Of a stretch of 64,000 bases of DNA, positions 1 to 9,855 are shown piece after piece. Source of the stretch: Lactobacillus sp. (GTDB taxonomy: Bacteria; Bacillota; Bacilli; Lactobacillales; Lactobacillaceae); NCBI GenBank assembly GCA_030530865.1, contig JAUMUC010000006.1, positions 3,010-67,009 of the forward strand, read 5' to 3'. A program made the translations under genes and the position numbers. The notes beneath the pieces are model-generated. The model was not told where the DNA came from, did not search any database, and saw only the letters and a list, made by a program, of their open reading frames with translations. Position 1 is the stretch's first letter. Each line of letters begins with the position of its first letter.

Positions 1-422
1 CAACTGATTGTGACTTTGCTACAATTAAGTCCAAGATTTGTAAAGTCATTTACTGTTGGCAATACAACATCATTGCCACCTTTTTGGGCATTGTAACTAC
101 CAATAGCGTATACATTTTCATTACTTTGAATGCTATCGTATCCTTTTAAGTGATAGATGCTTTGAGCAATTTTTTGCTTTTCTTCAGTAGAAGCATTAGC
201 CAATTTTTTCTTAGCAAGTTCTTTATCAGAATTTGATAAAGCTAAATTATCAATATCAGTATTAGATACATTATCTTTAGTAACTTCAGTAACATTTGGA
301 GTTGAATCAGCATGCACTACGCCAGTGTAGCTAGCAAAAATTGCCATTAAAGTTACACTTCATAATCCCACCGTTAATTTTCTAAGTCTATACTTAGGAG
401 TTATTTTATATTTCATCCCCAT
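1..422 (-). pseudogene. 5' part of a BspA/DUF285-type LRR surface protein paralog with an in-frame TGA in its signal peptide; runs off the left edge
   Basis: Manual translation after RBS AGGAG: MGMKYKITPKYRLRKLTVGL*SVTLMAIFASYTGVVHAD...KGYDSIQ..YAIGSYNAQKGGNDVVLPTVNDFTNLGLNCSKVTIS. TGA at 360-362 replaces the Cys of GLCS. The frame is otherwise open and aligns with the N-termini of the 1349-aa and 1671-aa neighbours. Confidence 0.8.
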
Positions 423-472
423 CTACTCCTTATAAAAAAATCTGAAAATTCTATTAGTAATACCTTATCCTA

Positions 473-499
473 ATTATATCAGAAATGAAACCGTTAACA
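473..499 (-). promoter_or_regulatory. Extended -10 (TGATATAAT, 481-473) with adjacent cre site TGAAACCGTTAACA (486-499)
   Basis: Matches TGnTATAAT and the CcpA consensus TGWAANCGNTNWCA. Confidence 0.65.
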
Positions 500-512
500 T
501 AATTTGAAGATT

Positions 513-543
513 AAAAAAAGCTAACCTTGTGGTTAGCTTTTTT
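513..543 (-). terminator. Intrinsic terminator of the 1349-aa gene
   Basis: A7-GCTAACC-ttgt-GGTTAGC-T6 hairpin right after the stop codon. Confidence 0.85.
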
Positions 544-544
544 A

Positions 545-3500
545 TTAGTTTTCGCGTTTCTTACTTGCACCAACTAGGCCCAGACTAGTCATTAGAATTC
601 CAAGTAGGCCAAAGATACTTTCACCAGTTTGTGGTAATTGTTTAGAAGTTTCCACTTTTTTCTTCACATTAGTTTTCTTAGGTGAAGCTTTTTCTGGTTT
701 AGTTTCAGATTTAGCTTCTTTCTTAGCTACTTCAACAGGTTTAACTTCTTCTGGATTTGTTTCTTCAGTTGGTTTAACATCTTCAGGCTTTGTAGGCTCT
801 ACAGCTTTTTCCGTTACCATCACTACAGTTTCACCAGAAAGTTTTGATCCATCCCCTAACTCTACTGAGATCGTTACCTTTTGTTCACCAACTTTGTTCT
901 TGTCGAAGCCTTCAATCGTCCACTTAGCCGTGGTTGGAAAAGTACTAAAGTTATTGACCAAATCTTTTTCACTCAAATCGTTGCCAATTTCCACCGTGTA
1001 CTTATCCTTTACATTAAGTTCGTACATATCAGCTTCTGTCCGAGTTAATGCTGCACCTTTCTTGTAGGCGTAACCGACAGTTGAGTAATCTTTCTTAGAA
1101 CCATCCTTAAAAGTCACTGTAATCACACCAGCAGGATCTTCAGCTGTTGGTTCCTTAGTCCATACGGCTGATGCATCTGTAGGCAAATCAACTACTAATG
1201 TTGCTGCTCCAGGTAATTTTCCATCTTCAAAAGTAAACTTATCCTTCACAGTTACATTAGTATCTTCAGCCATCTTCTTCCAAGCAAACTTGCCAGCTAA
1301 AGTAATACCATGATCAGTTACTGTGACTGTACCGTCTTTTTGAATCAAACTTGTTAAGTTTGCAGGAACTTCATCCGTTTGATAATGACTTGTCACAAAT
1401 TCCTTAGCTTCGTTGAACTTCTTAATTAACTCAACGTCATACTTGTAAAGAATCGCATCCCCATCACCGACAACACCATCAGCTACGGTTACTGGATCTA
1501 ACTTGTTACCTTGTGCAAATTCAGTTGGAATCGCCAAACCAGAAGTAAATTGTTCTTTTACCTTTTCTGAGTCAAGTACAAAGTTCGTTCCATCTTCTGT
1601 CTTGTAACCATTAGTAATCGTTACATCATCATCCTTATCACCAACAATCACTTTTCCATCAGGTGTTGGAACTACCCATTGAACATTGAAAGTTGCATCC
1701 TTAACCGGATCGCCAACGATCACTTTCACAGTTTCCAAACTTACATTGCTGCTAGTTCCTAACTTAGTCGTTACTTTGATAGTTACCATTTGAGTACCAG
1801 CTTGGTAAGGGTTGTAGTTTTCACCTAGCTCGAAGTCGCTCTTATCGTAGTCGCCAAATTCTTTTACAAAATCAGAGCCTGTCAGCTTGGTTCCAAAAGG
1901 CACAGTAAGTTCAGGAACCAATTTGTAAGGGCGTAAAAGCACATCAATCGAAACTTGCTTTTTAACTTCCTTACCATCAGGTCCAATTGCTGAAACCTCG
2001 CCTTGATAACTACCTGGCGTATCTGAACTATAACCAGATAACTTGAAGTCAGTGTAGTCACCAGGATCTGTCACCACACTATTCACATCAATTGCTACAC
2101 CTTTGTATGTAGACACACTAGGCTTAATTGTAAAAGTCTTAAATACAGTCACATCAACGGTCTTAGATTTTTCATTACCAGAAGCATCAGTACCAGTTAC
2201 AGTCACTGTCTGTTTACCTGGCGTATCTTTATCGTAATTACTAATCTTGAAATTACTATAGCCACCAGCTTCTTTAACCAATTGGTCAGCAGTAAGTTCA
2301 GTTCCCTGAACAACTTGCATTGGATCAACCAGAGTAAAATCTTCAACTTCTTGAAGGTCTAATACTGTCCGGAAGTTCATTATTGCTGGTTCAGTATATG
2401 TGTAACCAGGGCCAGCTGCCTTAAGCAAGTTAGTCTTTACATACTGTCTAGCACTACCACCATAATTAGTATCAAAGTCATCTTTAGTAACTAAGCCACT
2501 AATATCAACTCTTTGAATCGGACCGCCGTTAATCCGATATCCTGGTTTATTAGCCACATAGTTCATCTTGTCAGTCTTAGCCTTGTCCTTTTCGACATCA
2601 TTAACCAGCAAAATGACATTTGAACCTCTAACTGGACCAAATTCATCATCACCATAAATTTCCAATGCTTTACTCATAGAAGCAGCATCTGGTACAGTAG
2701 ACAAGATCTTACGCAAGTCTAATGTGACGATTTGCAAAGCATTATAGAACATTGAATCCATTCCTTTGACATTACTGAAATCAAAGTTGCTGACATCAAG
2801 CTTTTTTAACTGATAACATCGTTCGAACATATTTTCAACATGTGCAGCTTTACTGGTATTAAATTTGCTGACATCAACGGATTCTAGATTGAAACAATTC
2901 AAAAACAAGCCTTCTAGGTATACAGCATTATCTGTCTTGAACTTATCTGTATCAAAAGTAATTGTTTTAACATTTTGCATTCCAGCAAAAATACGAGACA
3001 TATTTTCAACATTGCTTGTATCAAAACTTGATACATCAAAGCTACGCAACATCAAATTAGTAAACATGAATTGCATATTTTTAACATTTCTTGTATCAAA
3101 ATTGCTGACATCTAACGTAGTCAATCCTCGGCAATTAGTAAACATGCTTGACATATTAGTGACATTTGAAGTATCAAAGCTAGACAAATCAATATTTTTA
3201 AGTGATGAACAACCGTTAAACATATTGCTCATATTAGTAACTTTTTTCGTATCAATGTTAGTAAAATTCACACTTTGTAAATTACTACAATAGTTGAACA
3301 TTGAACTCATATCAGTCAATGAGAAAGTATTATTTTTACTGAAATCTATGGTCTTAAGTCCAGTACAGGATTCGAAGATTCTACTCATATCAGTTACTGA
3401 TGAAGTATCAATTTTACTTAAATCAATCGTTTGGAGCTTTTTGGAACCAGAGAATAACCCACTCATATTAGTAACTTTACTTGTATCCAAGCCACTAAGA

Positions 3501-4594
3501 TCAATGCTTTCTAATGAATTCATTCCAGCAAACATATTACTCATATTGGTTACACTGGAAGTATTTAAGTTGCTCAAATTGATAGTTGTCATCGCAGAGC
3601 ACGAAGAAAATATCTCTGACATGTCTGTTACTTGACTAGTATCAATCCCTGTCAGATCATAATCTGTTAAAGACGTACAGTAAAAAAACAACTTTTTCAT
3701 AGATTTAACTGACTTGGTATCAAGACCACTCATATTAACGCTTTTCAAGTTTCTGCTCATGCTAAACAAATTAGTCATATCAGTGATATTGCTAGTATCA
3801 AAATTTCTCAAATCAACACTTGTAAGTGTTGTATATTTATAAAAGTTAGTTGAACCTGGAAATTGACCATAAGAGCTGAAGACATTTGCTAATGTATTAT
3901 CGCTACATGCAATAGTCCCACCAGCATCACTCACTTTAAGCGAAGTTACTCCGTCTATATGTACTGCATTATATAAATGTTCACGACTAATCGTAACTTT
4001 GTCACATGTCAATCCAAGATTTTGAAAATCCCCTGTAGTTGGTAAAACGATATCCTTACCGCCTTTTTTAACATCATATGAACCAATTCTATATGTATTA
4101 CCAGATCTTGAAATAACGTTAAAACCCTTGAGATTATTAGCTGATTGCAACATTACAGCTTTTTTAGCTTCATCAGCATTATTATAATTATTAATTATTT
4201 GTTTGATTTCTTGAGTAGTAAAAGCAAGCTTTTTGATCATATCTTCCGCTGAAGGTGAAGTTTCAGTAGTCGATGCAAGCACAGTCAATTGACGCTTGAC
4301 CTTAGGTACAATGCTCTTTTCCTGGCCATCTTGTTCAGGTTCTTCAGAAGCTTCTTTACCATCCACCACATTTTCAACAGGGGCTTCATTTTCTGCAACT
4401 TCAACAGACTCAGCATCCTGAGAACTTGTATCTTCACTACTCTTTTCTTCTTGTACAGTTGTGGGTTCTTGCACTTCATCGGCATGCACCACACTCGTAT
4501 GGCTAGCGAAAATTGCCATTAAAGTGACACTACATAAACCTACACTCAACTTTCTAAGTCTATACTTAGGATTTGTCTTAAATCTCATATCCAT
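545..4594 (-). CDS. LPxTG-anchored surface protein, 1349 aa: YSIRK-like signal, ~14 BspA/DUF285-type 26-aa LRRs, Ig-like repeats, one Rib-like module, LPQTG
   Basis: KYRLRKLSVGLCS signal; LxxxDxSxxDTSxVTNMSxMF repeats; LPQTG, hydrophobic stretch and KKREN tail. The true start may be the second ATG at 4588. Confidence 0.9.
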   Translation of the reverse strand: MDMRFKTNPKYRLRKLSVGLCSVTLMAIFASHTSVVHADEVQEPTTVQEEKSSEDTSSQDAESVEVAENEAPVENVVDGKEASEEPEQDGQEKSIVPKVKRQLTVLASTTETSPSAEDMIKKLAFTTQEIKQIINNYNNADEAKKAVMLQSANNLKGFNVISRSGNTYRIGSYDVKKGGKDIVLPTTGDFQNLGLTCDKVTISREHLYNAVHIDGVTSLKVSDAGGTIACSDNTLANVFSSYGQFPGSTNFYKYTTLTSVDLRNFDTSNITDMTNLFSMSRNLKSVNMSGLDTKSVKSMKKLFFYCTSLTDYDLTGIDTSQVTDMSEIFSSCSAMTTINLSNLNTSSVTNMSNMFAGMNSLESIDLSGLDTSKVTNMSGLFSGSKKLQTIDLSKIDTSSVTDMSRIFESCTGLKTIDFSKNNTFSLTDMSSMFNYCSNLQSVNFTNIDTKKVTNMSNMFNGCSSLKNIDLSSFDTSNVTNMSSMFTNCRGLTTLDVSNFDTRNVKNMQFMFTNLMLRSFDVSSFDTSNVENMSRIFAGMQNVKTITFDTDKFKTDNAVYLEGLFLNCFNLESVDVSKFNTSKAAHVENMFERCYQLKKLDVSNFDFSNVKGMDSMFYNALQIVTLDLRKILSTVPDAASMSKALEIYGDDEFGPVRGSNVILLVNDVEKDKAKTDKMNYVANKPGYRINGGPIQRVDISGLVTKDDFDTNYGGSARQYVKTNLLKAAGPGYTYTEPAIMNFRTVLDLQEVEDFTLVDPMQVVQGTELTADQLVKEAGGYSNFKISNYDKDTPGKQTVTVTGTDASGNEKSKTVDVTVFKTFTIKPSVSTYKGVAIDVNSVVTDPGDYTDFKLSGYSSDTPGSYQGEVSAIGPDGKEVKKQVSIDVLLRPYKLVPELTVPFGTKLTGSDFVKEFGDYDKSDFELGENYNPYQAGTQMVTIKVTTKLGTSSNVSLETVKVIVGDPVKDATFNVQWVVPTPDGKVIVGDKDDDVTITNGYKTEDGTNFVLDSEKVKEQFTSGLAIPTEFAQGNKLDPVTVADGVVGDGDAILYKYDVELIKKFNEAKEFVTSHYQTDEVPANLTSLIQKDGTVTVTDHGITLAGKFAWKKMAEDTNVTVKDKFTFEDGKLPGAATLVVDLPTDASAVWTKEPTAEDPAGVITVTFKDGSKKDYSTVGYAYKKGAALTRTEADMYELNVKDKYTVEIGNDLSEKDLVNNFSTFPTTAKWTIEGFDKNKVGEQKVTISVELGDGSKLSGETVVMVTEKAVEPTKPEDVKPTEETNPEEVKPVEVAKKEAKSETKPEKASPKKTNVKKKVETSKQLPQTGESIFGLLGILMTSLGLVGASKKREN
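2715..3826 (-). repeat. ~14 diverged 26-aa (78-bp) LRR coding repeats
   Basis: Units counted in the translation. Confidence 0.8.
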
Positions 4595-4634
4595 CTACTC
4601 CTTTTTTGTATAATTACTCCATTCCTCTAGTTTT

Positions 4635-4660
4635 ATTATATCAAAAAGAAAACGCTCTCA
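4635..4660 (-). promoter_or_regulatory. Extended -10 TGATATAAT (4643-4635) with cre-like AGAAAACGCTCTCA (4647-4660)
   Basis: Same geometry as the promoter at 473-499; one mismatch to the cre consensus. Confidence 0.55.
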
Positions 4661-4700
4661 TATGGATACTAAATAAATATTATAGGTCCATTAATAAAAT

Positions 4701-4732
4701 AAAAAACTAGCTACTTACGTAACTAGTTTTTT
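4701..4732 (-). terminator. Intrinsic terminator of the 1671-aa gene (GTAA tetraloop)
   Basis: Minus strand ACTAGTTAC-GTAA-GTAGCTAGT followed by a T run. Confidence 0.85.
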
Positions 4733-4734
4733 TA

Positions 4735-7700
4735 TTAGTTTTTGCGTTTCTTACTTGCACCAACTAGGCCGATAGTTGAAAGTAATCCGCCGAGCATCAA
4801 AAGTGCGTTGTTTTCACCTGTTTGTGGTAATTGTTTTGCAGTTCTGTGTGCTACTTTTTGAGTAACTTTCTTAGTTGAAACTTTAGCCTTGTGATGAGTT
4901 GCAACTGGATTAGTTGCTTGCTTAGCAACTTTCTTTGTTGTATCATCAGCTTTTGCAGGCTTGGTTTCGGCTGGAGCAGTTGGTTGAACTGGTTGTACCG
5001 GTTGAGCTGGTTGTACTGGAGTACTTGGTTGAACAGCTTTCTTATTAACTGTAACCATAGTTTCAGCAGTTAACTTAGAACCATCGCCAAATGTTACTGT
5101 GATTTCAACTTTTTGATCGCCAACTTTGTTCTTGTCATATCCGCTTATGGTCCAAGTTGCATCCCCTGGAAAGTCTGACATGTTATTGACTAAATCCTTA
5201 GCAGTAATGTCAGTACCTTCGTCAGTTGAATACTTATCTTTTGCATCAATTTGGTACAAATCTGCTTCAGTCGCAGTTAAGGCAGGACCTAACTTGTAGA
5301 TCTTGGCTGTCACTGGGTATTTTGTATCTCTACCATCTACTTTAATTACACCATTAGGATCTTCTGCAGTAGGTTCTTTTACCCAAGTTGCATGTTTTCC
5401 ATCAGGTAATCCGTGAACCAAGCTATCGGCTGAAGGTACATGTCCATCTTCGAATGTAACTTCCTTATCAACAGAAATCACATCAACAGTATCGGTTTCC
5501 TTTAATTCGACACCACTTCTATCCTTACCAATGACAGTAACAGTTTGTTCACCCAATTTAGTTGGATCATAGTTAGAGAGTGTAAATTCAGTGTAGTCAC
5601 CTTTGTCGCTGACTAAGTCGGTTCCAGTTAACTTGGTACCTTCACTTACAGTCTCATATTTTACTGAAAAGTCTTTAAGCACAGTTACTCCTACTGTTTC
5701 TGACTTCTTGTTGCCATTGCCATCATCACCAGTTATAGTTACTGTTTGCTTACCACTCTTGTTTGGATCGTAACCATCGATAGTGAATGTCTTGTAGTCA
5801 CCTTTGTCAGTTACTAAATCGTCACCGGACAACTTAGTCCCTTGAGTTACTGTCTTACCTTGTGGTGTAAAGTCTTTAAGCACGGTCACTTCTACTGTTT
5901 CTGACTTCTTGTTGCCATTGCCATCATCACCAGTTATAGTTACGGTTTGCTTTCCACTCTTGTTTGGATCGTAACCATCAATTGTGAATGTCTTATAGTC
6001 ACCTTTATCACCGATTAGATCTTCGCCAGTTAATTTTGTTCCTTCGGGTACAGTCTTACCTTGTGGTGCAAAGTCCTTAAGTACTGTGAAATCTACTGTT
6101 TCTGACTTCTTGTTGCCATTGCCGTCATCACCAGTTACAGTCACAGTTTGTTTTCCACTCTTGTTTGGATCATAGCCATCAATGGTAAAGGTCTTGTAGT
6201 CTCCCTTGTCGCTTACTAAATCATCGCCAGATAATTTAGTTCCTTGAGTTACAGTCTTACCTTGTGTTGCAAAGTCCTTGAGTACTGTCACTTCTACTGT
6301 TTCTGACTTCTTGTTGCCATTGCCGTCATCACCAGTCACAGTTACGGTTTGTTTTACACTCTTGTTTGGATCATAGCCATCAATGGTAAAGGTCTTGTAG
6401 TTACCTTTATCACTAACCAAATCATCTCCAGACAACTTAGTTCCTTCGGGGACAGTCTTATCTTGAGTTGTAAAGTCCTTAAGCACAGTCACTTCTACTG
6501 TTTCTGACTTCTTGTTGCCATTTCCGTCATCACCAGTAATAGTAACAGTTTGCTTACCTGACTTGTTTTGATCATAACCATCAATGGTAAAGGTCTTGTA
6601 GTTACCTTTATCACTAACCAAATCATCTCCAGACAACTTAGTTCCTTCGGGGACAGTCTTATCTTGAGTTGTAAAGTCCTTAAGCACAGTCACTTCTACT
6701 GTTTCTGACTTCTTGTTGCCATTGCCATCATCACCAGTTATAGTTACGGTTTGTTTACCACTCTTATTTGGATCATAACCATCAATTGTAAAGGTCTTGT
6801 AGTCACCTTTATCACTAACTAAATCACCCCCAGACAACTTAGTTCCTTCGGGTACGGTCTTACCTTGAGTTGCAAAATCTTTGAGAACGATAACCTTAGC
6901 ATTCTTAGTTACTGTGTGACCTTGATCATCTTTTCCAGTTACAGTAACTTCTTGTTCGCCTGTCTTATTTGGATCATAGCCAGAAATTGTAAATATTGTG
7001 TAATCACCTTGATCACTTACTAAATCTTTTCCAGATAATTCTGTTCCTTTTACGACAGTCTTATCTTGTGTTGCAAAATCCTTGAGTACAGTCACATCTA
7101 CTGTTTCTGACTTCTTATTACCATTACCGTCATCACCAGTGACAGTCACGGTTTGCTTTCCACTCTTGTTTGGATCATAACCATCAATGGTAAAGTTCTT
7201 GTAGTCTCCCTTATCACCAATTAGATCTTCAGCAGTCAAAGATGTTCCTTGAGTTACTGTCTTGCCTTGTGTTGTAAAGTCCTTAAGTACTGTTACATTA
7301 ACGGTTCTGCTAAACTTATTACCTTTTTCATCTGTACCATTTACAGTTACCGTTTGCTTACCTGGAACATTTTCATCGTAGCCAGTTAAATCAAAATTAG
7401 TGAAGTCTCCTTTATCATTGACTAGGTCGACGCCATTCAAAGCCGTACCTTGTGCCACAGTCTTATCTTGTGCAGTAAAGTTTTTGATTAGGTTTACTAC
7501 AGTATTTAATGTAAATAATTCAGGAGCATTGTCATATGAATACTTATCGTGATCAAAAGCTTTATCAACATAGTTCTTAATATAACCACTAGTATCATCC
7601 TTAATATTATTCCAAGTATCTTTAGTGATTATTGTTGGAACGGATACAGTCTTCTTATTTCTGCCATCAATTGTATATGCAGGCTGAACTTGAACATATC

Positions 7701-9750
7701 CTATTTTTTCAACTTTATCTGTATCAATTTTTGGATCTTCAACTAAAATATAATTTACATTCGCATCAGTTAGAGCAAGATCATTAATGCTTTTAGGATC
7801 ATCAGTTAATTGTATAGTTTTTAGGAATTTTGTTAAATCAAGATAATTTAAAGTTACACCTGAAAACATGTCCAACATATCTGTAACTTTACTGGTATCA
7901 AAATTACTTACATCCAATGAAGTTAATAACGAGCAATACCAAAACATCCCTGAGGTATCTGTCACTTTGCTTGTATCAAAATTGCTTACATCCAATGAAG
8001 CTAATGACGAGCAATCACCGAACATATAAGACATATCTGTCACTTTGCTTGTATCAAAATTGCTTACATCTAATGAAGTTAATAACCGACAATCTGAGAA
8101 CATATAACCCAATTTAGTAACGTTGCTGGTATTGAAGTGGCTCACATCTAATGAAGTTAATTTTGAACAGCCAGAGAACATATCTTCCATATTAGTAACA
8201 TTGCTAGTATCGAAATGACTAACATCCAAATTTGTTAATGACGAGCAAATCCAAAACATCCCTGAGATATCTGTCACTTTGCTTGTATCAAAATGGCTCA
8301 CATCCAATGATGTTAATGATGAACAACCATAGAACATACCATCCATATCAGTAACATTTCGAGTATCAAAATGGCTTACATCCAATGATGTTAATGATGA
8401 ACAACCCCAGAACATAGAATTCATATCAGTAACTTTACTTGTATCAAAATTGCTTACATTTAATGAAGCTAATGACTCGCAATTACCGAACATAACCCCC
8501 ATACTAGTCACTTTACTGGTGTTGAAATGACTTACATCTAATGAAGTTAATTTTGAACAATAATTAAACATAGTACTCATATCAGTAACATTGCTAGTGT
8601 CAAAATTGCTTACATTTAATGATGTTAATAATGAACAACCCCAGAACATAGAATTCATTTTTGTCACTTTGCTGGTGTCAAAATTGCTTACATCTAATGA
8701 TTTTAATGTTGAACATTCTGAGAACATCCGTGACATATTTGTTGCTTTGCTGGTATCAAAATGGCTTACATCCAATGAAGTTAATGATGAACAATGACCG
8801 AACATATCATCCATATCAGTAACATTTCGAGTATCAAAATGGCTTATATCCAATAAAGTTAATGATGAACAACCACTGAACATACCAAACATATCAGTAA
8901 CATTACTAGTGTCAAAATTGCTTACATTTAATGAAGTTAATGTTGAACAATCATCGAACATCTTATTCATACTTGTCACATTGCTTGTATCAAAATTTTG
9001 CAAATCGATTTTTGTGATTTTAATTTCAGGAATATCTGCAGCATCCCCATATATATTTAGGCCATCAGCAAAAACATTAGCTAAACTGTCATCACTACAT
9101 GAAATCTTTCCACCTGCGTTGCTTGTAGTGACACTATTAAGTCCTTCTGTATGACCTAAATCATAAAAATCTTGATGGCTAATAGTAACCTTATTTGCAT
9201 TCAAACCTAAGTTAGTAAAGTCGCCAACCGTAGGCAAAATTGCATCTACTCCGCCTTTATCTTTATTGTACTTTCCAATAGCAAATGTTCCGTTATTGTC
9301 TTGAAGGCTGTCGTATCCCTTTAATGCCTTAATACTTTGGGCAATTTTAGTTTTTTCATCAGCAGTAGCAGTTTTCAACTTATTTTTAGCAGTTGTCTTA
9401 TCATTATCTGACAATGCCAATGCGTCAATGTCGCTGTCTGAAACTGTATCTGAGTCATCAGTTGTTGCCAAATTTGTAATCGTATTAGCTACTTTGTTGC
9501 TAATTTCGGTATCATCCTTAGTATTTTGTTGATCTTGATCAGAATTTTTATCAACAAAATTAATTGATGACTTATCTTGAACTTGTTGTTCAGCATCATT
9601 ATTTTGATCTTCTTGTGTTGTTGAATTATCTTGCACTTCATCAGCATGAACAACATTAGTATGTCCAACAAAAATAGCCATTAAGGCTACACTACACAAA
9701 CCAATTGTTAATTTTCTCAACTTATAAGCAGGTTGATTATCTTTAAACAT
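4735..9750 (-). CDS. LPxTG-anchored surface protein, 1671 aa: YSIRK-like signal, 15 BspA/DUF285-type LRRs, 10 tandem Ig-like repeats, Rib-like module, LPQTG
   Basis: YKLRKLTIGLCS; LTSLDVSxFDTSxVTDMxxMFxxC repeats; VLKDF...KSETVEVT repeats; LPQTG...KKRKN. Confidence 0.92.
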   Translation of the reverse strand: MFKDNQPAYKLRKLTIGLCSVALMAIFVGHTNVVHADEVQDNSTTQEDQNNDAEQQVQDKSSINFVDKNSDQDQQNTKDDTEISNKVANTITNLATTDDSDTVSDSDIDALALSDNDKTTAKNKLKTATADEKTKIAQSIKALKGYDSLQDNNGTFAIGKYNKDKGGVDAILPTVGDFTNLGLNANKVTISHQDFYDLGHTEGLNSVTTSNAGGKISCSDDSLANVFADGLNIYGDAADIPEIKITKIDLQNFDTSNVTSMNKMFDDCSTLTSLNVSNFDTSNVTDMFGMFSGCSSLTLLDISHFDTRNVTDMDDMFGHCSSLTSLDVSHFDTSKATNMSRMFSECSTLKSLDVSNFDTSKVTKMNSMFWGCSLLTSLNVSNFDTSNVTDMSTMFNYCSKLTSLDVSHFNTSKVTSMGVMFGNCESLASLNVSNFDTSKVTDMNSMFWGCSSLTSLDVSHFDTRNVTDMDGMFYGCSSLTSLDVSHFDTSKVTDISGMFWICSSLTNLDVSHFDTSNVTNMEDMFSGCSKLTSLDVSHFNTSNVTKLGYMFSDCRLLTSLDVSNFDTSKVTDMSYMFGDCSSLASLDVSNFDTSKVTDTSGMFWYCSLLTSLDVSNFDTSKVTDMLDMFSGVTLNYLDLTKFLKTIQLTDDPKSINDLALTDANVNYILVEDPKIDTDKVEKIGYVQVQPAYTIDGRNKKTVSVPTIITKDTWNNIKDDTSGYIKNYVDKAFDHDKYSYDNAPELFTLNTVVNLIKNFTAQDKTVAQGTALNGVDLVNDKGDFTNFDLTGYDENVPGKQTVTVNGTDEKGNKFSRTVNVTVLKDFTTQGKTVTQGTSLTAEDLIGDKGDYKNFTIDGYDPNKSGKQTVTVTGDDGNGNKKSETVDVTVLKDFATQDKTVVKGTELSGKDLVSDQGDYTIFTISGYDPNKTGEQEVTVTGKDDQGHTVTKNAKVIVLKDFATQGKTVPEGTKLSGGDLVSDKGDYKTFTIDGYDPNKSGKQTVTITGDDGNGNKKSETVEVTVLKDFTTQDKTVPEGTKLSGDDLVSDKGNYKTFTIDGYDQNKSGKQTVTITGDDGNGNKKSETVEVTVLKDFTTQDKTVPEGTKLSGDDLVSDKGNYKTFTIDGYDPNKSVKQTVTVTGDDGNGNKKSETVEVTVLKDFATQGKTVTQGTKLSGDDLVSDKGDYKTFTIDGYDPNKSGKQTVTVTGDDGNGNKKSETVDFTVLKDFAPQGKTVPEGTKLTGEDLIGDKGDYKTFTIDGYDPNKSGKQTVTITGDDGNGNKKSETVEVTVLKDFTPQGKTVTQGTKLSGDDLVTDKGDYKTFTIDGYDPNKSGKQTVTITGDDGNGNKKSETVGVTVLKDFSVKYETVSEGTKLTGTDLVSDKGDYTEFTLSNYDPTKLGEQTVTVIGKDRSGVELKETDTVDVISVDKEVTFEDGHVPSADSLVHGLPDGKHATWVKEPTAEDPNGVIKVDGRDTKYPVTAKIYKLGPALTATEADLYQIDAKDKYSTDEGTDITAKDLVNNMSDFPGDATWTISGYDKNKVGDQKVEITVTFGDGSKLTAETMVTVNKKAVQPSTPVQPAQPVQPVQPTAPAETKPAKADDTTKKVAKQATNPVATHHKAKVSTKKVTQKVAHRTAKQLPQTGENNALLMLGGLLSTIGLVGASKKRKN
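5477..7490 (-). repeat. Ten tandem 201-bp (67-aa) Ig-like domain repeats
   Basis: Identical blocks offset by 201 bp (e.g. 6471 and 6672); ten K(D/N)F-initiated units in the translation. Confidence 0.85.
7836..9021 (-). repeat. Fifteen 78-bp (26-aa) LRR coding repeats, highly homogenised
   Basis: 15 xxMFxx units; identical DNA blocks at multiples of 78 bp. Confidence 0.9.
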
Positions 9751-9855
9751 TATTCATTCCTCCAAAACACAATATTTGCTATCTTCAAATATTTCACTCT
9801 ATTAACGTTATACCACGTTACCCCACGTTTAAGAAAGTGTTTTCAAATATAAAAC

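Noticed and set aside
360-362. TGA at a conserved Cys as selenocysteine or an alternative genetic code
   Set aside because: TGA is used as a normal stop elsewhere (e.g. 48875, 58912), Trp is TGG, no sel genes are present, and a signal peptide is an implausible Sec site.
2865-3635. Plus-strand ORFs of 142 and 113 aa (also 8591-9154)
   Set aside because: Antisense shadows of LRR codon periodicity; no RBS or recognisable protein features.
4980-5035. Short 9-bp PVQ/PAQ repeats
   Set aside because: Ordinary in-frame Pro-rich wall-spanning linker before LPQTG.
7836-9021. Regular 78-bp repeats resembling a CRISPR array or a DGR variable region
   Set aside because: They are in-frame LRR codons with no unique spacers; there are no cas or reverse transcriptase genes and no non-coding template repeat in the window.
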